This document shows, piece by piece, positions 39,995 to 48,304 of a stretch of DNA of 64,000 nt. The DNA comes from an uncultured Chloroflexia bacterium (GTDB taxonomy: Bacteria; Chloroflexota; Anaerolineae; Anaerolineales; UBA4823). The stretch covers positions 1,790,717-1,854,716 of the forward strand of contig CAVVUF010000002.1 in NCBI GenBank assembly GCA_963751425.1. The letters are read 5' to 3'. The notes beneath the pieces are model-generated. The model was not told where the DNA came from and searched no databases. It saw nothing but the letters and a program-made list of their open reading frames with translations. The position numbers were made by a program, and so were the translations under genes. Each line of letters starts with the position of its first letter. Position 1 is the stretch's first letter.

Positions 39995-42247
39995 ATGGGA
40001 ATTCCTGATAATGAAATGGGTCGAGATTTTATTCTTGCTACTCCAGGCGAATACCTTGGATCTGTGATAAACCGGTTATTGAAACAAGGGGGAAATGATT
40101 ATAGTTTTTTACTCTTGAAAACTGACGTAGCTTCCTTCAAGGCTTGCCAGGTTGGCAAACTTAAGCTGCGTTTGAAATTTTATCCAGAAAATGAACTGTT
40201 TACCAAGAAGTTAGGAGAATTAATCTCTGACTTTACCGATGTGCCTGTGCTACAGCAGGCGGAAGCCAATCTAAACGCCGCCAGGCAGTTAGCTCAAAAA
40301 AATTCTTTGGGTTTTTTGGTTGTGATGGAAAATGATGCCGTGGTCGGGTATGTTTGGCTAGTCAGACGGACGGTTTATCCGGGGAAATCTTTCGGTGAAG
40401 TTTTTCAAACTTTCCAGAATCAGTTTCCTTCGGCAAATGAATTGATTGAAAGCGGGGAACCGAAATCTGCGAAGCCTCGTGCAGAGCGCAATGTTGTCAA
40501 TACCGGTTTTACTACTCGGGATGACCCCAAGACTTTGCTCGATAAAACCAAAGCCTTGACTCCGGCAGGCGAGTACTATTTTATCCTGGGGGTTGGAGAG
40601 GTACTGACTGGTTCAATTGAAAAAACCCCAACCTCATTACCTGAGCATCTTCCCGCCCATGCGTTACTGCAAGTCGTATTATTTGATTTTGAGGATGAGT
40701 TGTCGATTGATCCACAAGCCAGCATTGGACTTCTGGAGCTGCAAGAGGATGGCTCTGCAAGCATTGTTCGACAGCCTGGTAATGCAAGGATTGCTCCAGA
40801 GATACCCTGGCTGCAGTTTCCAATTAAAACACCCGCGCTCAGTGGCCTTAAACGGCTGCGGTGTAATATTTACTACAACCAATGCCTGGTCCAATCTCGC
40901 TTAGTTAGTGCCCAGGTGTTTCCGAATGGGGATTATCGTGGAGAAGATCCGGCACTGGTATCTGAGTTGGATTACAATCTCTCGCAGAGCATGGCTGCGG
41001 GGCACTTGATGGGTATTCAAGAACACCGCTTGAGTTTGATGATAAACGATAATGGAAATGGCACGCATGGCTTCCGCTTCTTTGGAAAAGATGAATTCAA
41101 ATCTGATGCATCCATCGATGGGCAGGAGCTGCAGGGGTTGATCGATTATGCCCGTGCTGTATTTCGGAAGACAGCTTGGGGAGATGAAAAAAATTTTTCT
41201 GGTCAGGCTTACCGTTATGCCGGTCCACCAGATTTGAATCGTTTCCGCGATGATCTTTGCAACCTGGCTGTCCGCGGATATCGAATATACGATCAGATCA
41301 TCAACAAATTAGCCGGAGGCCAGGCTCAAACTCGAAAACTATCGGAGTTAATGGGAGCGCGAGGTCTTGTGCAAATCGCGTTGAAACAAACGGCGCGTTT
41401 TGTGATACCCGCTGCTCTAATCTATGATTATCCCCTGGACACAGGAGCTGATTCCAAAGATTATCAAGTATGCCCAGAATTTTTAAAGGCTTTGGCTGGC
41501 CCGACACCCTTAGATCAATGTATCTGTTTCGATGGTAAATGCCCCTCGAAAGGAGATGATCTTACGATATGCCCGAGTGGTTTCTGGGGTTTTCGCCAGG
41601 ATCTCGGGATGCCGCTGTCATTGGCAGATGCGCCAGATGCGCCAACAGAAATCACTGTGCAGGGCAGCCCCAATTACGTGATCGCTGTGTGTCTCGATCC
41701 GAATTTCACCATGCGAGCCGGGCATGAGACCCGTTTGAAAAATATGCTAACGCAGGTGCAGTGGACCAGGGCAGACAGCCGTGATGCCACTTTTGATGCA
41801 ATGAAGGTTGCACAACCGGCTCTTGTTTATTTCTACTGCCATGGCGGGTTAACGAGCAGCAATGTACCCTTTATTCAAATCGGCTCAATGGACGAGCGAG
41901 GCATTACCCGCGATAACTTGCGTGCGAAGGGTGTATTCTGGGAAAATCCGCGACCTTTGGTTTTCATCAATGGCTGCCATACAACTGCCTTGGAACCCGA
42001 GTCAGCTTTTGAGTTGGTAAGTGGTTTTGTAGAAGTAGCTGGCGCTTCTGGAGTTATCGGGACAGAGATCACAATCTTCGAACCGATTGCAACTGCCTTT
42101 GCAGAGAATTTCTTGCAGGCCTTCAGCCAGGGTGTTGAAGTGGGAGAGGCGATCCGCCAGTCTCGCCTGGCATTGTTGAAACAGAGCAATCCATTAGGGC
42201 TGGTATATATCCCCTATACGATGGCAGGCTTACACATTAAAATGTGA
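39995..42247 (+). CDS. CHAT (caspase-like) protease-domain protein with a large N-terminal region of unknown function, 750 aa
   Basis: C-terminal 'ALVYFYCHGG' (catalytic His) and 'LVFINGCHTTA' (catalytic Cys) in the CHAT arrangement. The N-terminal approx. 500 aa matches no domain I recognise. Divergent from the MBL/peptidase operon. Confidence 0.6.
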   Translation: MGIPDNEMGRDFILATPGEYLGSVINRLLKQGGNDYSFLLLKTDVASFKACQVGKLKLRLKFYPENELFTKKLGELISDFTDVPVLQQAEANLNAARQLAQKNSLGFLVVMENDAVVGYVWLVRRTVYPGKSFGEVFQTFQNQFPSANELIESGEPKSAKPRAERNVVNTGFTTRDDPKTLLDKTKALTPAGEYYFILGVGEVLTGSIEKTPTSLPEHLPAHALLQVVLFDFEDELSIDPQASIGLLELQEDGSASIVRQPGNARIAPEIPWLQFPIKTPALSGLKRLRCNIYYNQCLVQSRLVSAQVFPNGDYRGEDPALVSELDYNLSQSMAAGHLMGIQEHRLSLMINDNGNGTHGFRFFGKDEFKSDASIDGQELQGLIDYARAVFRKTAWGDEKNFSGQAYRYAGPPDLNRFRDDLCNLAVRGYRIYDQIINKLAGGQAQTRKLSELMGARGLVQIALKQTARFVIPAALIYDYPLDTGADSKDYQVCPEFLKALAGPTPLDQCICFDGKCPSKGDDLTICPSGFWGFRQDLGMPLSLADAPDAPTEITVQGSPNYVIAVCLDPNFTMRAGHETRLKNMLTQVQWTRADSRDATFDAMKVAQPALVYFYCHGGLTSSNVPFIQIGSMDERGITRDNLRAKGVFWENPRPLVFINGCHTTALEPESAFELVSGFVEVAGASGVIGTEITIFEPIATAFAENFLQAFSQGVEVGEAIRQSRLALLKQSNPLGLVYIPYTMAGLHIKM

Positions 42248-42253
42248 GTAATC

Positions 42254-42496
42254 GTGTCGATACTAAACATTTTAGGTAGTATTGGGATCGGAGCTGTAAT
42301 GGGGTGGCTACTTGGCCTCTTGGAACCAAGACGGCTTCGTATTAGCCAGTTGTTAGCGATCTTATTTGCCAATGGGTTGATCCTACTTGAAATTGTTTGG
42401 TTTACAGGCTGGCAGATAGCTGTCGCTGCATTCTGCAGTGGTTTTTTCATGTTCTTGATCCATAAATTGTGGCGCAGAGAATTGCGCCGTCGTTGA
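42254..42496 (+). CDS. Small 2-TM membrane protein with a basic C-terminus (GlsB/YeaQ/YmgE-like glycine-zipper helix)
   Basis: 'ILGSIGIGAVMGWLLGLL' plus a second TM, and tail 'HKLWRRELRRR'. Starts 7 nt after the CHAT gene stop (GTG). Confidence 0.4.
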   Translation: MSILNILGSIGIGAVMGWLLGLLEPRRLRISQLLAILFANGLILLEIVWFTGWQIAVAAFCSGFFMFLIHKLWRRELRRR

Positions 42497-42527
42497 CATA
42501 TCCATTCATTTTCAGGAGGTAATACTT

Positions 42528-42932
42528 ATGGAACCATCAGCATCCACAATCCAATTAGTAGGCGCAGCAGGTTTTGGCGCGTTGATCGGTTGGTATGTTT
42601 ACTATATCAATCGTTATCGGAAGAGTGAGGTGTCACTTAATGATCTCGTTACGCTAATTGGCGTATTAGGTGGTGGAGCTATCCTAGCAATTTTTCCTGA
42701 ACGCACGGATCTTTTTGGTGCATATGGAATTGGCCTATTTGTGGGGTTCTTTTCCTACTTCATCTTGCTGTTGGTATGGGTGAGTATATCCAAGAACTTC
42801 ACTGTGGAATGGTTTCTGGATGGCCGGCGAAAACGACCAATGGAACCTTTCTTTATCCCGGAGGATAAAGCTGGAGGAACTGCGATGGGCATGCCAAACG
42901 AGGCAGGTGGGAAAACAACCGTAAATGATTAA
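42528..42932 (+). CDS. Small 3-TM membrane protein, paralogous N-terminal helix to the preceding ORF
   Basis: 'LVGAAGFGALIGWYVYYI' shares the G-x-G-A-x-x-G-W motif with the previous ORF. RBS 'caggaggtaatactt' before the ATG. Confidence 0.45.
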   Translation: MEPSASTIQLVGAAGFGALIGWYVYYINRYRKSEVSLNDLVTLIGVLGGGAILAIFPERTDLFGAYGIGLFVGFFSYFILLLVWVSISKNFTVEWFLDGRRKRPMEPFFIPEDKAGGTAMGMPNEAGGKTTVND

Positions 42933-43287
42933 AGAGGTTTCAGATAATATAATCTTGATGTAAGAAGAGCTTTTGAGTTTTTCAGAGTCGACCCGACTGG
43001 AATTACTTCCAGCCTGAGAGGCTTTGGGATTGGTTTTTCTAATACCTTGATTTCACTTTACTTGATTTGCCGATTCGCGCAAAAATCTTTAAAATAACGT
43101 GGGATTTCGACAAATAATAAGAACATGATGACGAAAATAGGCGACAACCTCTTGACAGGAATATTTAAATATATAAAATCAGAGTAATCTTCGAGTCTTT
43201 AACGAATGTTTTGTGAGGTAATGAATTTCGGAAATGATTTTGTCACAGTTAATCTCACGCCTGTTTGTATTTTCTAATGTGTAGCAA

Positions 43288-43329
43288 TGTAAGAACAAGG
43301 ACGCGGTTTGTTGCGTCCTTGTTCTTACA
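43288..43329. other. Perfect 17-bp inverted repeat / stable hairpin in a 660-bp non-coding AT-rich region
   Basis: TGTAAGAACAAGGACGC ggtttgtt GCGTCCTTGTTCTTACA, with no T-run after it. Confidence 0.5.
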
Positions 43330-43607
43330 TAATGATCGAGAGGAAGGGTGTGGGTATGCCAACAGGACCACTTTCAGACCGGATTGATTGTATTACCGAA
43401 AGACCGCTGTACGAAACGATGAAGAGACAGTCCATACCAAAATACAGGTTCAGCTTCACATATCGCAGAAAGCCCTGAGATTTTTTCTGATGATTCTCAA
43501 GAACTATGGCATGCCTCCCAGATCAATTGCCCCATTCCACCTCGCTATCCCGATCAATGGATGTCGTAAAATAAAGAATAATCTTCTTCAAAGCATGTGA
43601 TGAGGGG

Positions 43608-44153
43608 TTGTTTCAAATCTCAATGGAAGAACTCATTCATCATGATTCCTTAATTCAATCTCTTTCTTTTGAAAATCCAACTCTCCAGTTACACGAATTA
43701 TTAAACAACTATATAATTGTGACAAATTTGAGAACAGTGCAAAAAATTAATATTGGCATTGGCTTTTTCGTATATTTCAATAAGGAGATTCCTATGCAAT
43801 GGGAAAATTTAACTTCCAATGATTTTAGAGCTGCTGTGGAAGCAACCCAGGTTTGTATTATTGCTTTGGGGGTTGTGGAGAGGCATAGTGATCACTTGCC
43901 CCTCGGAACTGATTTCCTCAACGGCCATCGGATTGCCTGCCTGGCTGCAGAGAAAGAACCCGCGGTTGTGTTTCCCCCCTTTTATTTTGGCCAAATATAT
44001 GAAGCACGCTGTTTCCCTGGCACGATAAATTTGAAACCTAACCTTCTTCTTGATGTGCTGTGGAACGTATTTGATGAAATCGCCCGGAATGGATTTAAGA
44101 AATCGTTCTTTTTAATGCGCATGGTGGAAATAACCATCTATTGGGCTTTCTAG
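43608..44153 (+). CDS. Creatininase/creatinine amidohydrolase-family protein, N-terminal piece (frameshifted)
   Basis: 'ALGVVERHSDHLPLGTDFL', 'FPPFYFGQIYEARCFPGTINL'. The frame is lost after 'NGFKK'. Confidence 0.6.
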   Translation: MFQISMEELIHHDSLIQSLSFENPTLQLHELLNNYIIVTNLRTVQKINIGIGFFVYFNKEIPMQWENLTSNDFRAAVEATQVCIIALGVVERHSDHLPLGTDFLNGHRIACLAAEKEPAVVFPPFYFGQIYEARCFPGTINLKPNLLLDVLWNVFDEIARNGFKKSFFLMRMVEITIYWAF

Positions 44154-44581
44154 GACAATGCGCTCTTTGGGAGGAGAAGCCATATCACCTATATATCCCA
44201 ACCAATCTGTTTGACCGTGCCCAATGGAAAGCGATCTTAGACACGGAATACCACGGACATGCTTGTGAGTGTGAGACCAGTGTCACTCTGGCAAATTACC
44301 CTGAACTAGTGCATATGGAGCGAGTTCCAGCTGAACCTGGTGATCCGAAAGGTCGTATGAGCAGCCTTCCGGCAACCTATAATGGGATTTGGTGGTATGC
44401 AGATCATCCTGAGCATTACGCTGGAGATGCGCGCACGGCGTCTGCTGAAAAAGGGAAGCAACTCGTCCGATTGGAAGTGGAAGGGCTCGCGCGTTATCTC
44501 GCGGCAGTAAAAGAAGATCAGATCATCCCGACCTTGACAGCGGAGTTTTTTGAAAAAGAAAATGGATTAGCCAGATCATAG
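44141..44581 (+). CDS. Creatininase-family protein, C-terminal piece
   Basis: The upstream in-frame extension reads 'KIVLFNAHGGNNHLLGF' (the NxHGGN family motif), so the junction lies at 'aagaaatcg' near 44098-44103. Confidence 0.55.
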   Translation: MGFLGQCALWEEKPYHLYIPTNLFDRAQWKAILDTEYHGHACECETSVTLANYPELVHMERVPAEPGDPKGRMSSLPATYNGIWWYADHPEHYAGDARTASAEKGKQLVRLEVEGLARYLAAVKEDQIIPTLTAEFFEKENGLARS

Positions 44582-44584
44582 GAT

Positions 44585-45853
44585 TTGAGTGCAATGAAAA
44601 CCAGACTTGCGATCAGTGTTAGCCCAAATGGGAGATATTTTGTCAACACCAAGGGACAGCCCTTTTTCTGGCTTGGAGATACAGCCTGGCCTCTTTTTGG
44701 GCAGTATTCTCGCCAAGAAGCAGAGAAGTGGATCGAAAACCGAGCTCGTAAAGGATTTTCAGTTATTCAAGGAGTTTTAGGGTGGGGAGGGGGAACGGGT
44801 TTTGAAACGAAGCTTCCTGGGCCTAATTATGCCGGGCACCAACCCTGGTTGGGGAGCCCGGAACAGCCTAACCAGGATTATTTTGAGAATGTTGATTATT
44901 TGCTGACCGCAGCTGAGACACTAGGGGTTACGTTGGCTCTGTTACCCACCTGGGGTTATTACGTTGTCGATACAGGGACATTCAATATTGAAAACGCGTA
45001 TTCCTATGGGTATTGGCTGGGTGAGCGTTATCAATCAAGACCAAACCTGGTTTGGGTAAGTGGAGGGGATCGTATTCCTTCTGGATATGAGGAAGTGTAT
45101 CGATCTCTGGCACATGGTTTGCGAGCTGGTGATCATGGTGCGCACTTAATTACTTACCATCCCTGTGGTTGGCGGCATTCCTCACAATTTTTCCATAAAG
45201 AGGATTGGCTTGATTTCAACATGATTGAGACCTGGACCGAATGGGTGAGAGTGTATGAGGCGGTGCGGTCCGATTATGGACTGGTTCCGGTAAAACCAGT
45301 TGTTCTCGGAGAGCCGGCTTACGAAGATGGTTCAGAATATCCGCTGGGTCCCATCACTCCTTTGATCATCCGCAGGCAAGCCTGGTGGACTTTCATGGCA
45401 GGAGGGTATTTCACCTATGGACATAATCAGAACTGGCGAATGGAAACAGGTTTCTTATCTTGCCTGGAATCTCCCGGGGCACATCAAATGGATCTTTTCC
45501 AAAAAATCATCCATTCTCGACCTTGGTGGGATATGGTTCCAGACCAGGGATTTTTTGCAGATGGGATCAGCGGCGAACGAACGTTGAATACATCTGTGCG
45601 GAAAATGGACTCGAGCTGCGGTATGGTTTATCTCTCAAGCCAATGTCATGTACAGTTATACCTGGAACGGATTTTGACTCGAAGAGTAAAAGTTACCTGG
45701 GTCAACCCTCAAACCGGTGAAGAGCGTGACGGTGGAATTTATCTAACAGGGAATGCGAATGGGAAAGCTTTTCCAGAAGGCTTTGTCCGTACACCTTTCA
45801 CAGTTCCGGAATATTGGGAAGATGCTCTGTTAATCTTGGATGGAATGGATTAG
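44585..45853 (+). CDS. DUF4038 / GH140-like glycoside hydrolase-family protein (cytoplasmic)
   Basis: 'GQPFFWLGDTAWPLF' and an overall (beta/alpha)8-type composition. Family assignment is tentative. Confidence 0.45.
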   Translation: MSAMKTRLAISVSPNGRYFVNTKGQPFFWLGDTAWPLFGQYSRQEAEKWIENRARKGFSVIQGVLGWGGGTGFETKLPGPNYAGHQPWLGSPEQPNQDYFENVDYLLTAAETLGVTLALLPTWGYYVVDTGTFNIENAYSYGYWLGERYQSRPNLVWVSGGDRIPSGYEEVYRSLAHGLRAGDHGAHLITYHPCGWRHSSQFFHKEDWLDFNMIETWTEWVRVYEAVRSDYGLVPVKPVVLGEPAYEDGSEYPLGPITPLIIRRQAWWTFMAGGYFTYGHNQNWRMETGFLSCLESPGAHQMDLFQKIIHSRPWWDMVPDQGFFADGISGERTLNTSVRKMDSSCGMVYLSSQCHVQLYLERILTRRVKVTWVNPQTGEERDGGIYLTGNANGKAFPEGFVRTPFTVPEYWEDALLILDGMD

Positions 45854-45949
45854 AATTTATCCCATATGGATCAAATAGACATATTGGTTTGGATTAAGAC
45901 TGCTGTCAAATGGATCTCAGTTTAATAATAGTTGTTTACGGAGAAAAAG

Positions 45950-46817
45950 ATGTCTACAACGGTACGAAGAATTCAATCACTTGTCCAGCCACAAACGGTA
46001 TTGGAAGGGGCTGGAGTCAGGCTGAAACGGAGTTTTCCAACTCGAGTATTAGATTATCCTGATCCTTTCTTATTATTTGACCACTTTGGATCGGATGATC
46101 CAGCCGATTACCTGCCCGGATTTCCAATGCATCCTCATCGCGGCATAGAAACTGTTACGTATATGTTATCAGGAGTGGTGAGTCACCGCGATAGCATCGG
46201 AAATGCAGGGAAAATCACAGCTGGCGATGTCCAATGGATGACTTCGGGTCGAGGCATCTACCACGAGGAGATGCCGGAACCTGATGAAGGTAAGAAGATG
46301 GAAGGTTTTCAATTATGGGTAAATTTACCGGCAAATTTGAAAATGACAACTCCGCATTACCAGGAGATCAATTCGAGAGAAATTCCGGAGATTGAAAGTT
46401 CAGATGGGGCGCGGATTTGAGTTATTGCTGGCTCGGTTGCTGGTCAAAAAGGCCCTGTAGTGGGTGTTGCTGCAGATCCACAATATCTTGATGTATCCTT
46501 GGATGCGGGAGGAGTTTTCTCGCATGAGATTGATCAAGATCACACAGTTCTGATTTATCTCTATCGCGGTAAAGCCTTTATTGGCAGCGACCAATCAGCA
46601 GAAAATAGCACTGTTCTTTCTCCAGCAATGATGGTATTAAGTGAAGGGGAGCTCGTTAAAAGTAAATGCGATAGATGAGCTTGCGCGGTTTCTTGTTATG
46701 TCGGGAAAACCCATGCACGAACCGATTTTCCGTTATGGTCCGTTTGTGATGAACACGCGTGAAGAAATCGAGCAGACATTAAGCGATCTTCGAGCCGGCA
46801 CCTTCATAAGATCGTAA
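45950..46817 (+). pseudogene. Pirin-family cupin (quercetinase/YhhW-like) disrupted by an in-frame TGA (46418-46420) and a frameshift at an A4 run near 46656-46662
   Basis: 'HPHRGIETVTYMLSGVV.HRDS.GN' pirin motif. '...SSDGARI*VIAGSVAGQKGPV' (expected Arg at the TGA; a CGA to TGA change would explain it). C-terminal piece in another frame: 'DELARFLVMSGKPMHEPIFRYGPFVMNTREEIEQTLSDLRAGTF'. Confidence 0.6.
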
Positions 46818-46825
46818 ATTTCATC

Positions 46826-47455
46826 ATGTTATATGTTTGTCACCAATGTGGTGAATACCGGGTTGATAAAATTATCGACCCGGAAGGGCCCTTTGCAATC
46901 TGCCCCGAATGTGGATATAAACACCTTTTTCGTTATTCACCACTTTTGGTCGTTTCAGGTGCGAGTGGAGCTGGCAAGAGTGCTGTGCTTTCACACCTCG
47001 TAGGAAAAATTAACTCTATGATTTTATTGGAATCCGATATCATTTGGAGAAAAGAGTTCAATCAACCCGAATTGGGATATCGAAATTTTTTTAAGACCTG
47101 GTTGAGAATTGCTTTTAATATCGGACAATCGGGACAGCCTGTAGTGATCTTTGGTGCAGGTTTTGGAGTTCCAGAGAATCTAGAAATGTTGGCTGAGCGC
47201 AGGTATTTTTCTGATATTAAGTATCTGGCATTGGTCTGCGATGAATATGAGCTCAAAAACCGATTGTTAAAGCGCCCGACGTGGCGCGGAATTACTGAAA
47301 ATTTTGTGCAAGAGCAGATAGAATACAACCGCTGGTTCACAGAGGTAGGAAGTATTGGAATTCCACCAGTCGATTTAATCAATACTACTAATGTTCCGCT
47401 TGAAAGGACCGTTTATCAAGTCAGGCAGTGGATAGAGAAAAACCTTTTTAGGTGA
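46826..47455 (+). CDS. Zn-ribbon plus P-loop kinase-like NTPase (AAA_33/shikimate-kinase-like fold)
   Basis: 'CHQCGEY...CPECGY' zinc ribbon. Walker A 'VVSGASGAGKS'. Confidence 0.5.
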   Translation: MLYVCHQCGEYRVDKIIDPEGPFAICPECGYKHLFRYSPLLVVSGASGAGKSAVLSHLVGKINSMILLESDIIWRKEFNQPELGYRNFFKTWLRIAFNIGQSGQPVVIFGAGFGVPENLEMLAERRYFSDIKYLALVCDEYELKNRLLKRPTWRGITENFVQEQIEYNRWFTEVGSIGIPPVDLINTTNVPLERTVYQVRQWIEKNLFR

Positions 47456-47522
47456 ATGGAACTTTACCTGCCAAAAGCGTTTTCAATATCACGGATGTGA
47501 TGAGTTAACCGACCCAGAAAAC

Positions 47523-47732
47523 CTAATTGGACATCATATGCAGCGTCAAAAAGAGATTCCGCATTGATAGCCAGGCGCATCCGATCGATAAACCTTTGAT
47601 CAGATGGTCCATATAAGCTGCCAAAACTTCCCTGAGCATCTCCTCCCCAAAATCGGAAAGGAGATTCTTTAAATCACTGGTAGGATCGTCTAATGTCAGG
47701 TCGCCAAAATCGATAATCCCTCTCAATTTCAT
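47523..47732 (-). CDS. Orphan C-terminal fragment of an APH/CotS-type phosphotransferase (gene remnant)
   Basis: 'GIIDFGD' (the DFG/IDxGD motif of aminoglycoside phosphotransferase-like kinases). Only 69 aa. Overlaps the GNAT stop by ATGA. Confidence 0.3.
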   Translation of the reverse strand: MKLRGIIDFGDLTLDDPTSDLKNLLSDFGEEMLREVLAAYMDHLIKGLSIGCAWLSMRNLFLTLHMMSN

Positions 47733-48262
47733 TCTTGTCGTAATACTTTCGTGAAGTTGAGGGTTAAGTCATCGTTGACAATACAGGTTTCACCCCATTG
47801 AAGATGATGGTTATTGTAAAATAAACCACGCCCATCGGGAATATAACCTCGTTTGATATACAAAATATGCGCTGGACCGTAATCAGGGGTCAGGCCTACA
47901 CCTATTCCGGCGACTGGAGATCTCAATGCAATCTGCTTCTCTGCCTCATCCATCAAAGCCTTACCAATCCCTTGCCGGCGATATTTGATCAATACATTGA
48001 AATCGACGATTTCAGGGATCTGCTCTTTTCTAAAGGGCGGGTATTCTGATCCCCACACGATTGTCAGGTATCCAGAAAACTCGAAAAGGGTCGGCTGTTG
48101 TTCTACCTCTGCGAGGAGAACGGTCCTCTCTCCGGATAGGTGTTCTTCCAGATATTGTTGATACTGACTTTCAGGTTTGTTCCAACCTTGCATACGGAAA
48201 GAGGCTGCCATGACCGGTGGATCGTTTGACTGCATAACCCGAATAATGATGTGATCATTCAT
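47729..48262 (-). CDS. GNAT-family N-acetyltransferase
   Basis: 'RRQGIGKALMDEAE' acetyl-CoA-binding motif A (R/Q-x-x-G-x-G/A). Confidence 0.7.
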   Translation of the reverse strand: MNDHIIIRVMQSNDPPVMAASFRMQGWNKPESQYQQYLEEHLSGERTVLLAEVEQQPTLFEFSGYLTIVWGSEYPPFRKEQIPEIVDFNVLIKYRRQGIGKALMDEAEKQIALRSPVAGIGVGLTPDYGPAHILYIKRGYIPDGRGLFYNNHHLQWGETCIVNDDLTLNFTKVLRQE

Positions 48263-48304
48263 TCAATATTCCTTATTGTCATCGAGATTGTAATTTTATT
48301 CCGG

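Noticed and set aside
43388-43600. 70-aa ORF in the long intergenic region
   Set aside because: No RBS, odd composition, lies in an AT-rich non-coding stretch. Kept only as part of the non-coding-gap finding.
46418-46420. TGA in pirin as selenocysteine or recoded codon
   Set aside because: TGA terminates many other genes here, no SECIS-like hairpin follows, and the conserved residue at this position in pirins is Arg (CGA). A substitution is the simpler explanation.
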